NCBI GenBank assembly: GCA_030634165.1
Contig: DAOWBH010000001.1
Span: forward strand, 7,361 to 71,360
DNA from: Spirochaetota bacterium
GTDB taxonomy: Bacteria; Spirochaetota; JAGLSM01
Length of the DNA: 64,000 nt
Reading direction: 5' to 3'
The position numbers and the translations under genes were made by a program. Shown piece by piece: positions 8,629 through 19,803 of the stretch. Numbering within the stretch: the first letter of the stretch is position 1; each line of letters starts with the position of its first letter. The notes below the pieces were generated by a model that did no database searches, was not told the DNA's origin, and worked only from the letters and a program-made list of their open reading frames with translations.

Positions 8629-10569
8629 TCACCTGTTTTTTCTTTTTTCAGGCTTTAGAATTACATACTGATACAAAGCAATACTGTCAAAATTATTACG
8701 GTTAACTATTTCCGCAACAGCCAGAGATTCGTCAACTTTGATTATCTTTATTTTACCGGAAATTTTCGCAGGTTTATTTTTCCCAAGCCCTGACAAATAC
8801 TGCTGACGGAATCCTGCTCCGGGTACAACTATAAGGGTCATCCCCTTTTTGATACCATGGAGCTTCCCAATATTTATTACAGCACGGTCGCCCCGCATCC
8901 TGATGATTTGTCCAAATACCGGAATGTCAGCCAATATTTTTTTTGATAAACTGACTGCCACTTCAAAAAGTCTGTTATTGCCTCTCCTTGACGCAGTATA
9001 ACGTTTTATAACCGCACCTGTCCGCGTAGTTCTAAGATATATCTCTATCTTAGTAAAGTTCTGTCCCTTGATATATCTGCCGTGAATGAAGTAATCAGCT
9101 CCTGCCTTCCTTGCCGCGATACGCGCATCTATCAATGAAGAAACCGAATGATCTTTCAGGCGTTTTAAACGGTATCTGTAGTTTGGAAAAATCGCATCAC
9201 GTATGATAGCCCCATAAACATTTTGAATCCCGAAATAATTATGACGCCTGTTGTATAAATCAAAAAGGTTAAACACCACTACAGAAGGAGTTACAGAATT
9301 CTGTTTATATTGATCGATTCGGGCTTTATATGAAGGCAACCTTTTTACAAGTTTCTTAAAAAAGGCAATTTTATCTTCCAGTCTTGTGTCATTTCTTTTT
9401 AATAGTTTTATAACCTTGAGTTCCCTGTAGTACAGATCCCAGTATTTCAAAATACGATACACATCAGCAAGCCCGCCCCTTGCGGATGTTGAAACCGGAT
9501 ATATACGAATAGCACGTTTATAAGCTACCTGAGCCCTGAAAAACAGGTTCCTTCCTGAATAAAAATTGCCCCTTTGATAGTGATGCGCGGACATACTTTT
9601 TCTTACAGCACTTCTGATTGGCACTTTTTTAATTAAGAATTCCTCAAAACGGTATCTTACAACCTCATCATTGTTCTGCATTTTTAAGGCAGCTTTAAAA
9701 TTATCAACAGCCGATTGTATATAAGAAGAATCTTTTTCCGCGAGTTTTATGTATACAAGAGCAAGGGTATACCGGTAGATGCTTTTATATGGAAACATCT
9801 TGATCAGGCTTATATAATTCTGCTCGGCGTCCTTCCATTGTTTCCTGTAAAACAGTACCCTGCCGTACAGGATAAGCGCGTCTTTGAATTCAGAATCAAT
9901 ATAAAGAGCCTTCTGTAAAAAGGGATAGGCTGACCCGTTGCGGCCCCGCAGATAAAAGTATCTGCCCATATGATAATGCGGCCATTTCGATATTGAATTA
10001 TAATGTATCGCGTTTCTGAAATTTGCCTCTGCCAGATTGTAATACTTTCCTGTATAATAAATCTGTCCAAGTTTTATGTATGTCCAGAAGTATCCAGGAA
10101 GTATTTTTTTTACCGTATTGAGTCTGCGGATCGCAATATCAGATCTCTTATTTGAAATGTGATACAAGGCATCTGTATACAGCGCTTCAGCATTTCTTGG
10201 CTTGGCAGTGAGTACTTTATCTATATAAGGTTTGGCCTTATTTTTCAATCCGAGTTTCATTAAGGTTCTTGCCATATAAAGATTGGTCTCAATATTGTCC
10301 GGCTGCTGGTACAACGCTTTTTGAAGAAATTTACGGGCCAGATTGTAATGTTCCAGTTTAACATAAGTTATACCAAGATGTCTGAGCGCTCTGAAAAAAT
10401 ACGGATTATCTTCCAATGCTTTTTTAAAAAAATTAACGGCCTTTTTTAATCCGGAGGTATTTCCTTTTTCATATTGTATTAAGCCTCTTTTATATTTTGC
10501 TAATGCTCCGGCATTTAAAACAGGGGTAATACATACAAATACTAATAATAGATACCTTAAAATTTTCAT
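8629..10569 (-). CDS. TPR-repeat protein with an N-terminal signal peptide
   Basis: Multiple TPR-like repeats (A/Y/L spacing patterns) and a signal peptide. Confidence 0.6.
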   Translation of the reverse strand: MKILRYLLLVFVCITPVLNAGALAKYKRGLIQYEKGNTSGLKKAVNFFKKALEDNPYFFRALRHLGITYVKLEHYNLARKFLQKALYQQPDNIETNLYMARTLMKLGLKNKAKPYIDKVLTAKPRNAEALYTDALYHISNKRSDIAIRRLNTVKKILPGYFWTYIKLGQIYYTGKYYNLAEANFRNAIHYNSISKWPHYHMGRYFYLRGRNGSAYPFLQKALYIDSEFKDALILYGRVLFYRKQWKDAEQNYISLIKMFPYKSIYRYTLALVYIKLAEKDSSYIQSAVDNFKAALKMQNNDEVVRYRFEEFLIKKVPIRSAVRKSMSAHHYQRGNFYSGRNLFFRAQVAYKRAIRIYPVSTSARGGLADVYRILKYWDLYYRELKVIKLLKRNDTRLEDKIAFFKKLVKRLPSYKARIDQYKQNSVTPSVVVFNLFDLYNRRHNYFGIQNVYGAIIRDAIFPNYRYRLKRLKDHSVSSLIDARIAARKAGADYFIHGRYIKGQNFTKIEIYLRTTRTGAVIKRYTASRRGNNRLFEVAVSLSKKILADIPVFGQIIRMRGDRAVINIGKLHGIKKGMTLIVVPGAGFRQQYLSGLGKNKPAKISGKIKIIKVDESLAVAEIVNRNNFDSIALYQYVILKPEKRKNR

Positions 10570-10605
10570 AATCCTACCTTTAAAGACACCTTACTTTCAG
10601 AAAAA

Positions 10606-11268
10606 TCAAAACACATACTTAATCAAAACAAATCCACCCGCTAACACTATCACAAATAAAAGAGACAACCAGTTAAAATACCTGTCTATGAAGCTTTTGA
10701 TTTTTTCTCCAAACAGGTATATGAGAAGTGAAACAGTAAAAAAACGCAAAGAACGTCCAATTACAGAAGCAGTCATAAAAGTGAAAAAATAAGCCGTATG
10801 ATCCCCTACAATCATCTTCCCTGAAGGGCCGGCAGAAGCAGCAACCATCCCGGCAGTTATGGTAAACACCTTATAAGGTATTGGAGTAATTGCCGCGATA
10901 AGTACAGCCCAGAAACTGTACTTTGCAAATGTACTAAAAAGCTTTTCAAACATAGGCGCCATATTGTAAAAGTCTATTATGGGTTTTCCAACCACATCCC
11001 ACAAAGCATAGCCGATGTAGTATCCGGCAACTCCGCCTATGACCGAAAAAAGTGAACATATAAAAGCAAAATAAAACGATTTTTTCGGCTTACCAAGGTC
11101 AAGCGCGATTAAAAGAACATCGGGAGGAATGGGGAAAAAAGACGACTCCGCAAATGCATTTAGCGCAAGCGCTGCTGTACTATACTTTGTATCAGCCCAA
11201 TGCAGAACCCAGTCGTACAATCTGCGTACAATATTTTTCTTTTTAACAGCCTGTTGTTCAATGCTCAT
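10606..11268 (-). CDS. YqaA/DedA-like integral membrane protein
   Basis: Several TM helices. Carries the conserved AFAESSFFPIPPDVLL motif of the YqaA (VTT-domain) family. Confidence 0.6.
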   Translation of the reverse strand: MSIEQQAVKKKNIVRRLYDWVLHWADTKYSTAALALNAFAESSFFPIPPDVLLIALDLGKPKKSFYFAFICSLFSVIGGVAGYYIGYALWDVVGKPIIDFYNMAPMFEKLFSTFAKYSFWAVLIAAITPIPYKVFTITAGMVAASAGPSGKMIVGDHTAYFFTFMTASVIGRSLRFFTVSLLIYLFGEKIKSFIDRYFNWLSLLFVIVLAGGFVLIKYVF

Positions 11269-11909
11269 CTTTGCCTCGCGTCTTTTATTAAGGGGACAAA
11301 CCGGCAGCCAATATCTTTAATAGTATGCAGTCTTCCGTTCTCCAACTTTTTTATAATAGTTAAATAATGAATATAAAACGATCCTAATGGAATAACAATC
11401 TTTCCGCCTTCCGCCAACTGTTCAATCAAATCTTTTGGAACTTCGTCTGTGCCTGCCGTTACAATTATTCCGTCATAGTATGAAAACTCCGGATATCCCA
11501 TGCTTCCGTCGCCGAAAATACAGGTGACTGAATCCGGATAATTTTTATTAAGAATCTCTTTTGCCTTGTCGTACAGCCGCTCTATCCGTTCAACAGTTAT
11601 AACCCGGGCACCCAATTCCGCGAGAACTGCTGCCTGATATCCCGATCCGGTACCGACTTCAAGTATCTTTTTCCCTTTTATACTGCCAAGCCTGTCTGTC
11701 ATAATCGCAACCATTAGCGGCTGCGATATGGTTTGTTTATCTCCAATTTGAACAGGGAAATCTCCGTATGCCTGTTCAAAGTCATCTATACCCGCATACA
11801 GATGTCTCGGCACCCGCTTCATTGCCTCAAAGATTTCCTCATTATTGACCAATCCTTTTTTACTTATGGTATTGATCATCTGCGCGGCATACCGGTTAAA
11901 ATCATTCAT
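11265..11909 (-). CDS. pcm: protein-L-isoaspartate O-methyltransferase
   Basis: SAM-binding motif LEVGTGSGYQAAVLA and a PCMT-like length. Confidence 0.8.
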   Translation of the reverse strand: MNDFNRYAAQMINTISKKGLVNNEEIFEAMKRVPRHLYAGIDDFEQAYGDFPVQIGDKQTISQPLMVAIMTDRLGSIKGKKILEVGTGSGYQAAVLAELGARVITVERIERLYDKAKEILNKNYPDSVTCIFGDGSMGYPEFSYYDGIIVTAGTDEVPKDLIEQLAEGGKIVIPLGSFYIHYLTIIKKLENGRLHTIKDIGCRFVPLIKDARQR

Positions 11910-11912
11910 AAT

Positions 11913-13943
11913 CTATCTCGGTATATAGTATCCAAATTTATCATATCCAAAAAGACCCTTATAATTAACCTCAACAGAGAACTCACGAAAACTGCCCTTA
12001 AGTTTTGGATGTACCACAGTACTGTAATAAAGCGAGTAGCTGGTAAGAGGTCTTTTGAAAACAAACTCCCTTAATTTATAAACAGATCCGGAAGTCAGCG
12101 GATTAAAAACACGGCCGCCTGTCTCTTTAGCAATATGTATCAGCTTTTTTGCACTTTTCCCATGTTTAAACAAAACAAGGTAAACCGGAATATCATTATT
12201 TTTTGCGTAATGAAGACAGGTTTGATAACCATAGGGTTTATAATCCTCATCTGAAAAATCCGCGGCAGTAAATAGAACAAGAGCCTTCCTGTAATCATAC
12301 TTGAACTGTTCTGAAACACCTTTGTAAAGGGCCCTGCCTATCATAGCCCTTTCCTCAAATTTTCCTTTTCCTGCACCTTCAAGCGGAGAAAGTATATTTG
12401 AAATATACCTCTGGCTTATCCACACCTTAGAATTAAAATTTATTACTTCAACCTTATCCCTGCCTGGAAGGTTTTTTAATAGCCCCTTCATAACCCTTCT
12501 AAGACTATCCTTGTATTGTATCATTGACTTGGACTTATCCACCAGGAACACCATCGACACCCTTTTCTTATGGCGGTATGTAGGATGTATATCCAAAGGA
12601 AAAACCCTGGCACCTCTCTCATAAACTCTAAAGTTTTCCTTTTTCAGCCCTGTAATTGGTCTTCCATCCCGGTCTCTAACCATTACAAACTGCTGAACCT
12701 TTGGAAAATTATACTCTAATGTTCTTGTAATCCTAACATCCAGGTTCACATATTTCAGACGTTCAGGAACAAAGACGCTTACCCTGTATGAGTCAAAATC
12801 AGCAACATACAGCATATTGTTTTTATCAGCGCATAATCCTACTGCCTTGTTGACTTTACCGGAGACTGTCTCAATCCTGTTCCATAATGAATTTTTAGGA
12901 TTGTATATAACAAGACCCTTACGTCCATCAGCTATAGCTACCCGGCCGTCCGCGAGAATTATAAGACCTCGGGGCATTGATAACTGCTGCTCCCCTATTA
13001 CCTTCAAAAAATTACCACTCTCATCAAAAAGCTGTATTCTGGAATTACCAAAATCGGTAACATAAATACGGCCGCTTTGCGAAACAGCAACATCAGAGGG
13101 ACGAAAGAATTCACCGTTTCTACTCCCCTTTTTGCCAAAAGCCATAATAAATTTTCCGTTTTGTGAAAACTTCTGAACCCTTGAATTACCACTGTCAACT
13201 ACATAGACATTACCATGTTTATCACAGCTTATCCCCTGTGGTCCGGCAAATGCAGCATTGGTATAACCAAAAGATCCAAACTGCATGAGATATGATCCAT
13301 CTGAATTGTATTTAACAATCCTGTCATTACCAAAATCCGAAACAAAAAATTTGCCGTCCGGTGTAATAACAATATCAAAAGGATTTTTTAAGCCGGTGAT
13401 ATTCTTTAAAATTTTTCCATTTGCATCGAGTATTGTAACTGTTCCTGACTTAAATCCAACAATGTATACTTTGTTTGAGGAATCAACAGCCACGCCTGTA
13501 GGTCTGTGAAAAAACAGCTTTTTATTCTTATAGCCTGAATAAGATCTGAGATATATAAACGGGGTACTATACTTTGCTGAATCTTCTTTTCCCTGTAGAA
13601 AATAAAGTGAGTTTATTTTATTTTTAAGGAGATTACCGCCTCCTCCAAGGTTGAGAGCGGTCTGCCATTCCGTCAGCGCATTTTTAAGAAATCCCGACAT
13701 AAAATATGACTGCCCAAGCCATATACGTGATCTATAGTCTTTTGGATTATAGGATATTGTTTTATCAAAAAAGTTTATTGCGGCGGCAAAGTTCCGCCTG
13801 TTATAGAAATAATAACCTGATTTGAAATTATTTTCGCCCTGTACCATCCTGTATATCCTGTTATGTGCCTGAGGCAGCAGATAGGCAGGAAGAGCCAATA
13901 ATATGAAAAAGATACATAATCTTTTATTTAAGCTGGGTTTCAT
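11913..13943 (-). CDS. Secreted multidomain protein: N-terminal TPR, NHL-repeat beta-propeller, and a C-terminal vWA-like domain
   Basis: Signal peptide. Repeated NHL-like units (PxGIAVD...YVxDxxNxRIQxF) are visible. The C-terminus has a VFLVDKSKSM vWA-like motif. Confidence 0.55.
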   Translation of the reverse strand: MKPSLNKRLCIFFILLALPAYLLPQAHNRIYRMVQGENNFKSGYYFYNRRNFAAAINFFDKTISYNPKDYRSRIWLGQSYFMSGFLKNALTEWQTALNLGGGGNLLKNKINSLYFLQGKEDSAKYSTPFIYLRSYSGYKNKKLFFHRPTGVAVDSSNKVYIVGFKSGTVTILDANGKILKNITGLKNPFDIVITPDGKFFVSDFGNDRIVKYNSDGSYLMQFGSFGYTNAAFAGPQGISCDKHGNVYVVDSGNSRVQKFSQNGKFIMAFGKKGSRNGEFFRPSDVAVSQSGRIYVTDFGNSRIQLFDESGNFLKVIGEQQLSMPRGLIILADGRVAIADGRKGLVIYNPKNSLWNRIETVSGKVNKAVGLCADKNNMLYVADFDSYRVSVFVPERLKYVNLDVRITRTLEYNFPKVQQFVMVRDRDGRPITGLKKENFRVYERGARVFPLDIHPTYRHKKRVSMVFLVDKSKSMIQYKDSLRRVMKGLLKNLPGRDKVEVINFNSKVWISQRYISNILSPLEGAGKGKFEERAMIGRALYKGVSEQFKYDYRKALVLFTAADFSDEDYKPYGYQTCLHYAKNNDIPVYLVLFKHGKSAKKLIHIAKETGGRVFNPLTSGSVYKLREFVFKRPLTSYSLYYSTVVHPKLKGSFREFSVEVNYKGLFGYDKFGYYIPR

Positions 13944-14000
13944 CAGTAATTCTTGCCGTGAAAACCTGTTTTAGAAACTCTTGTTTATGCTTATCGAGTC

Positions 14001-14273
14001 CTAAGCTTCTTTATTAAACATATTTCCGGTTTTCGGTACACCAATTTTTGAGATATAATCCTTGAACATTTTTTTGGAATTATTCTGTGTTCCAAGTATT
14101 AAAAGAAAATCATGAAGCTCAGATTTTGACATAATATTTTTCTTTATTTCAGTAATCGTCTTACGAACTTCTTTTTCAGTAATTTCCTTTTCTTTTCCCG
14201 GGACTTCAGAATCATGATTTACTGCAGAATTTGATAATTTAATACCAACACTTGTATCAATTCGGACATCCAT
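14001..14273 (-). CDS. hypothetical protein
   Basis: A 90-aa ORF with no recognisable motif. Confidence 0.3.
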   Translation of the reverse strand: MDVRIDTSVGIKLSNSAVNHDSEVPGKEKEITEKEVRKTITEIKKNIMSKSELHDFLLILGTQNNSKKMFKDYISKIGVPKTGNMFNKEA

Positions 14274-14352
14274 TTCCTTATCTCCTTATCATCCTTGATA
14301 AATAACTTTCTACTTCTATTATCGGTCAATTCAGCAATACTTTAGCGTTATT

Positions 14353-15039
14353 TTATGCTATATTCAGAACATCTCTCAGGTGTTCTTTTATTTCTTCATT
14401 GTCAGGATCAATCTCTAAAGCTTTCTTAAGGGTGTCTCTGGCAAGATCCTCCTTTCCTTTTTTGTAGTATATCCAACCTTCTGTATCCAGATAAGAATAA
14501 TTCGCGGGATTTTCCTTTAGCGCGATCTTTGCGTGTTCCAATGCGTCATCAAGATCCTCACCCATTTCACACATAACATACGCAAGGGAATTTCTGGCAT
14601 TATAATTTTCCGAATTTATTTTTATTGCTTTTTTAAGAAAAACAACAGCCTCTTCAAATTTACCGGTTTTATAATACACGTGTCCAAGCGCCGCCAGGGC
14701 TATATCATTGTTAAAATTAAAATCCAACACTCTGGTAAACGCATTTTCCGCGTCATGAAACATTTCAAGAACAGTATATACATAACCTAAGAGCATATAA
14801 GCCTGCTGAATATGAAGATAACTCATTTCAGAACTTACAATTATTTCAAGATATTTTTCGGCAAGGTGAAAATCTTCAGATTTTATGTAGGCAATGCCTA
14901 TCAGATAATGCGCTTCAGGATTGTCAGGATCCAGTTCAAGAACCTTCTTTAATCCCTTAATTGATACCGACAAACGATTCTCGTCGAGATCCTTTTGCGC
15001 AATCTTTATAAAACTGTCAATTTCTTTCTGCTGAACCAT
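14353..15039 (-). CDS. TPR-repeat protein
   Basis: Tandem TPR motifs spread across its 228 aa. Confidence 0.6.
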   Translation of the reverse strand: MVQQKEIDSFIKIAQKDLDENRLSVSIKGLKKVLELDPDNPEAHYLIGIAYIKSEDFHLAEKYLEIIVSSEMSYLHIQQAYMLLGYVYTVLEMFHDAENAFTRVLDFNFNNDIALAALGHVYYKTGKFEEAVVFLKKAIKINSENYNARNSLAYVMCEMGEDLDDALEHAKIALKENPANYSYLDTEGWIYYKKGKEDLARDTLKKALEIDPDNEEIKEHLRDVLNIA

Positions 15040-15126
15040 AAATCCCTCCTATTTATGATCCCTTAAGGTCTCATAATAGTTTTACATTATAAAACCATAA
15101 AGAGCAAGAACATAATATAATAAAAC

Positions 15127-15882
15127 CTAAAAAGGCATCTGCCTTTCAAGTTTATCAAGCGCCTTATAATCCATAGCATCCAGCATCAATGGAGTAACTG
15201 ATATATATCCATCTTTAATAGCATTAAAGTCACTGCCGTCCAGAGATTTATAAGATGGATTTTCTCCCCTTATAAAAAATGACCTGTTATCCTTTGTTTT
15301 CCCATCATGTTCAAGCCTGTCATAATATACCCTTTTCCCAAGCTTTGTGTATTTAGTACCCTTGATTTTGGTATTACTAAGATTCGGAACATTAACATTG
15401 AGAAGAACTCCCTCAGGGATAGGTTTTTCTAAAACCCTCTTCACAATTCCATGTGTTATAGCTGCGGCATATGAAAAATCAATATAACTGTCATTACTTG
15501 TAATATGTGATGACGCAATGCCGGGAAGCCCGTTAATCACAGCTTCTCTGGCCGCGGCAACCGTTCCCGAATAAAATATATCAACACCCATGTTCTCTCC
15601 AAGATTAATACCTGAAACAACAAGATCGATTTTTTCTTTTATATAGTTCAATCCAATTCTGACACAATCTGCCGGAGATCCGTCTATCGAATAAACATTT
15701 TCATCCAGATGCATAAGTTTTATTGGAGAATGAATATTTATGTTGTGACTGCTCGCGCTTCGCTGACCAACAGGCGCAACTATAAAAACCCGGATATCTG
15801 AATCTTTATTTAATACCCCGCGAAGCGCCTGAAGTCCCGGAGCGTCCACACCGTCATCGTTTGTCAAGAGTATATTCTTCAT
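15127..15882 (-). CDS. surE: 5'/3'-nucleotidase SurE
   Basis: N-terminal ILLTNDDGVDAPGL signature and a length matching SurE. Confidence 0.85.
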   Translation of the reverse strand: MKNILLTNDDGVDAPGLQALRGVLNKDSDIRVFIVAPVGQRSASSHNINIHSPIKLMHLDENVYSIDGSPADCVRIGLNYIKEKIDLVVSGINLGENMGVDIFYSGTVAAAREAVINGLPGIASSHITSNDSYIDFSYAAAITHGIVKRVLEKPIPEGVLLNVNVPNLSNTKIKGTKYTKLGKRVYYDRLEHDGKTKDNRSFFIRGENPSYKSLDGSDFNAIKDGYISVTPLMLDAMDYKALDKLERQMPF

Positions 15883-17292
15883 TTATTTAAATATATCCTT
15901 AAACCCGAGTTGAAATGCTTTCTGATTAATTTTCAATACTTCAGGTTTTTTAAACTGCTCCATTAATACAGAGTCTATAACATCTGATGAAAAATATCCA
16001 AAATGAGCTGAAATAGCACCAAGCATAACAATATTTGCTGACATGGAGGATCCCGCGTTATCTGCTAAATCTGAAGCCGGAACGCCAAAAGATTCAATTC
16101 CAGCACAATCAGGATTTTCAATAATTGATGAGTTGTATAAAATCACACCGTCATCATTAACCATAGGAGCAAATTTCTTCAACGAAGGTCCATTCATAGC
16201 AATCAGAATATCAATTTCTTCAACAGCAGGAGACCCGATAGTTTCTTCATCAATTACTACTGAACAATTAGCAGTACCGCCCCTCATCTCCGGTCCATAA
16301 GACGGCAGCCATGTAACATTATAACCATGTTTCATTCCTATCTTGGAAATAAGAGTTCCAAGCAGAAGTACTCCCTGACCTCCAAATCCGGCTGTTTTAA
16401 TTCCCTTTGATGTAAATTTATGATCTAATCCTCTTGGATCCTTATCTGTTTCTGAAATACCCAGAACTTCCTTCAATTTTTCCGGAGTATTATTGTGATG
16501 TTCCGTAAAGAAACCTTCTCTTTCATTGATATCATCCTTAAAAATACCAAGCGGGAAATATGGAAGCATATTTTTTATCATCCACTCAGTCTGATCCATA
16601 GGATCAACCTTCCACCCCATCGGGCATGGACTTAAAATTTCAACAAAAGAAAAACCCTTCCCGTCCACCTGACTCTTGATAGCTTTTTTTACTGCTGTTT
16701 TTGTTTTGATTCTGTTCGGCATATCATGCAGAGAAACTCTTGTTACATATACCGGGCTTTCCAGAGTAGCTATGAGTTCAGCCATTTTCAAAGGATAACC
16801 CTCGCCTCTAACCGCTCGTCCGTAGGGCGATGTTACAGTTTTCTGTCCTACATGGGATGTCGGGGCCATTTGTCCGCCGGTCATTCCATAGATCGCATTA
16901 TTCACAAAGAATATTGTCATCTTTTCACCACGATTGGCAGCATGAAGAATTTCAGCTGTACCTATGGCAGCAAGGTCACCGTCACCCTGGTATGAAATAA
17001 CATAATTATCAGGATTTGATCTGGTAACCCCTGTACCAACAGCAGGTGCCCGGCCATGTGCAGCCTGGACATTACCGCAGTCAAAGTAGTAATATCCGAA
17101 TACACTGCATCCTACAGGTGAAATAAAAATTGTTTTATCCCTGATTTCAAGATCATCCATTACTTCTGCTATCAGTTTGTGCACAACACCATGTCCGCAT
17201 CCGGGGCAGTAATGAGTACTTCTCTTGTCCTCTCCGGGTTTTCTCTCATATGTTTTATATAGTGATTCAGGTTTTTGTATTATTGTTTTCAT
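15883..17292 (-). CDS. 2-oxoacid:ferredoxin oxidoreductase beta subunit (TPP-binding) fused to the gamma subunit
   Basis: The N-terminal region has the beta-subunit Cys cluster and TPP region (CPGCGHG...GDGD). The C-terminal 180 aa (GFGGQGVLLLG...GPEMRGGTANC) is a gamma-subunit domain. Confidence 0.75.
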   Translation of the reverse strand: MKTIIQKPESLYKTYERKPGEDKRSTHYCPGCGHGVVHKLIAEVMDDLEIRDKTIFISPVGCSVFGYYYFDCGNVQAAHGRAPAVGTGVTRSNPDNYVISYQGDGDLAAIGTAEILHAANRGEKMTIFFVNNAIYGMTGGQMAPTSHVGQKTVTSPYGRAVRGEGYPLKMAELIATLESPVYVTRVSLHDMPNRIKTKTAVKKAIKSQVDGKGFSFVEILSPCPMGWKVDPMDQTEWMIKNMLPYFPLGIFKDDINEREGFFTEHHNNTPEKLKEVLGISETDKDPRGLDHKFTSKGIKTAGFGGQGVLLLGTLISKIGMKHGYNVTWLPSYGPEMRGGTANCSVVIDEETIGSPAVEEIDILIAMNGPSLKKFAPMVNDDGVILYNSSIIENPDCAGIESFGVPASDLADNAGSSMSANIVMLGAISAHFGYFSSDVIDSVLMEQFKKPEVLKINQKAFQLGFKDIFK

Positions 17293-17293
17293 A

Positions 17294-18340
17294 TTATTTT
17301 TCCCAATATTTCTTTATTGAGTCTATAAGTTCATTTGTATCGGGCAGTTTACCGCCATAGCTTGCATAGAAACCTATATCTCTTCCGTCATATATAGTAA
17401 GTTTTACATCATCAATCAGCATACCCATGCTCATTTCCACTACAAAGAGCTTTTTTACCTTGTCAGCAAGACTCTTCAATCCAATCTTTGGAAAGGGCCA
17501 AAGAGTAACCGGTCTGAATAATCCGGCCTTTATTCCCTGTTTACGAAGCTTATCCACAACAGTACGGGATTCGCGGCTTGATACACCATAGGCAATTAAT
17601 ACAATTTCAGCGTCATCAAGCATGTATCCTTCGAATTCCTGCTCAGCTGATTCTATTTCTTCATACTTCTTTAAGAGAGCTAAATTACGCCCCTCCAGTT
17701 CCTCAAAATCAAGGAAAATGGAAGTATGGCAGTTCTTTCTATATTCTTTACTTCCAGCAACCGCCCATGGTTTATCGGGAAATTTTGTCACAGGTTCAGG
17801 AAGCTCAAGAGGTTCCATCATCTGCCCGATTACCCCGTCGGCAAGTATAATCACAGGTATCCTGTACTTGTCAGCCAGGTCAAAGGCCTTAATTGTGAAA
17901 TCGCACATCTCCTGTACTGAATTCGGCGCAAGAACAATCAGACGATAGTTCCCATGCCCGCCGCCTTTAACTATTTGATTATAGTCACTCTGTTCAGGAC
18001 CAATATTCCCCAGTCCGGGTCCGGCCCTCATTATGTCCACAATTACACATGGAAGGTCTGTAGCCGCAAGATATGAAATACCTTCCATCTTAAGACTCAT
18101 TCCGGGACTTGATGAAGCTGTCATAGTACGTTCACCGGCAGCCGATGCCCCGTAAACCATATTTATTGCGGCAACTTCACTCTCAGCCTGGAGAAATACG
18201 CATCCCAACTGAGGAAAGAGTTTTGCCGCTGTATGAGAAATTTCACTGGCCGGAGTAATAGGATAGCCGTAATAGGATCTACAGCCCGCAAGAAGTGCCC
18301 CCATAACAACCGCCTCATTCCCTTTAGCTAGTCTTTTCAT
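17294..18340 (-). CDS. 2-oxoacid:ferredoxin oxidoreductase alpha subunit
   Basis: Alpha-subunit N-terminus [29 protein letters not shown]. The gene abuts the delta and beta genes. Confidence 0.75.
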   Translation of the reverse strand: MKRLAKGNEAVVMGALLAGCRSYYGYPITPASEISHTAAKLFPQLGCVFLQAESEVAAINMVYGASAAGERTMTASSSPGMSLKMEGISYLAATDLPCVIVDIMRAGPGLGNIGPEQSDYNQIVKGGGHGNYRLIVLAPNSVQEMCDFTIKAFDLADKYRIPVIILADGVIGQMMEPLELPEPVTKFPDKPWAVAGSKEYRKNCHTSIFLDFEELEGRNLALLKKYEEIESAEQEFEGYMLDDAEIVLIAYGVSSRESRTVVDKLRKQGIKAGLFRPVTLWPFPKIGLKSLADKVKKLFVVEMSMGMLIDDVKLTIYDGRDIGFYASYGGKLPDTNELIDSIKKYWEK

Positions 18341-18570
18341 TTCTTTTCTTCTTTCTTTTTTATATCTCTATGAATAATTATAGTATCCGGTTCAGGACAT
18401 GTATAGTAACACTTACCGCAGCCTATGCAGTTATCATTTGATGACTGTACATAGTTATAACCCTTGGAATTAAATTTCCCTGTAAAATCAAGCTGTTTGG
18501 TAGGACAAACCTGTATACACAGACCGCAGCCCTTGCAAATTTCAGGATCTATATCAGTACGTGAAGCCAC
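18337..18570 (-). CDS. 2-oxoacid:ferredoxin oxidoreductase delta subunit (2x[4Fe-4S] ferredoxin)
   Basis: Two CxxCxxCxxxCP motifs in 77 aa. It overlaps the alpha gene by 4 nt. Confidence 0.75.
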   Translation of the reverse strand: MASRTDIDPEICKGCGLCIQVCPTKQLDFTGKFNSKGYNYVQSSNDNCIGCGKCYYTCPEPDTIIIHRDIKKKEEKK

Positions 18571-18634
18571 ACATTACTCCTTTTTTTATGGTGAAACATA
18601 GTCAATGAAATTCGCAAATTCAAGAGATAGAAGC

Positions 18635-19129
18635 TTATCTCTTCATCCGGTTAACGAGCTTATTGAGAAGTTCCTGCATCCTTATTCCGGTAACAACCGC
18701 TTCTCCGCCTGAGATTTCAGTTTGAATTCTCGCAGCTATCCAGACAACACCATCTATGACAAATGCCAGTTTTAAGCCAATATTATTTTTAGTTACCAGT
18801 GCGAGTTTTTTTGCACCTTCTTTTGTAAAAATGAGATAAAGGACTTTTTTACCGCTTATAACATTATCTTTGATAATACTATTTTTGAGATCAGACTTTG
18901 TAAAAAGAACTTTGTCACTCAAACGTATCTTTGTGCCTGATTCGATAAGATTAAACAATTTGCCGGGAACCACGGGGTTATTCTCTTCAAGCCTCATTTC
19001 AAATGTAGAATTATTCAGAACGCCTACTCTTCGTGAATTTCCTGCACATCCTGCTATAAAGAAAATAAGAAAAATTATACTGATAAATATTAAACGTTTC
19101 ACTTCATTCCTCCATTTAATCTGTGTCAA
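18635..19129 (-). CDS. lipoprotein, hypothetical, with a possible SecD-head-like periplasmic domain
   Basis: Signal peptide plus lipobox (IAGC). The C-terminal FVIDGVVWIAARIQTEISGGEAVVTG segment resembles the SecD/SecF GG motif. Confidence 0.35.
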   Translation of the reverse strand: MTQIKWRNEVKRLIFISIIFLIFFIAGCAGNSRRVGVLNNSTFEMRLEENNPVVPGKLFNLIESGTKIRLSDKVLFTKSDLKNSIIKDNVISGKKVLYLIFTKEGAKKLALVTKNNIGLKLAFVIDGVVWIAARIQTEISGGEAVVTGIRMQELLNKLVNRMKR

Positions 19130-19175
19130 AAAACTAAAATTGACAAACTGAAAATTTTTCAGTTTATATTAAATT

Positions 19176-19556
19176 CTACGGAGCTATAAAAGATACCTTA
19201 TCTGTTATCTCTTTTTCAATCTGCCTGATATCATACTCAACCTTGACTTTGTCAGGCTTGTCACTGTTAAGATTTTTATTGCTGTAAATAATGAAATAAT
19301 GATCAGTACCACCGGTTTTAATCCTGACTATCGTTCTCGGCCCAAAATCAATAGCGTTGATAGTTAATTTACCGCCGGTTTTAACGCCTCCGAGATTGAC
19401 CCTTGCCCATCCGGTTTTTCCAACAAATTTATCCTCAAGATAAGACCTGTCGAATTTCCTTATATCTGACTTCGAAGATTGAAAAAGACTGCATCCATTA
19501 ATTAAAAGAAAAACTGACATCCATATTAATATTTTTTTATACATGTAGAACTCCAT
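19176..19556 (-). CDS. lipoprotein, hypothetical
   Basis: Signal peptide and lipobox LINGCS. No other motif recognised. Confidence 0.35.
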   Translation of the reverse strand: MEFYMYKKILIWMSVFLLINGCSLFQSSKSDIRKFDRSYLEDKFVGKTGWARVNLGGVKTGGKLTINAIDFGPRTIVRIKTGGTDHYFIIYSNKNLNSDKPDKVKVEYDIRQIEKEITDKVSFIAP

Positions 19557-19803
19557 TATATTAAAATTATTTGTATATTATATCACCTTTCAGGATTTTT
19601 AAAGGAATATAAGCATTTTATCCAAGGAAATTGCATATAAAAAACTAACCAATAGCTCTTCCTTACCTGATTCCAGGCAAATTAACTGATTGAGAGGCTT
19701 AATTAAGAATATTTTGTATATTTTTTCTTGCTTATTTATAAATAACTTGTTAAACATTGAGTATGGTGTAAAGCCATAGTTATTTTTTTAAGGAGACATA
19801 AAA

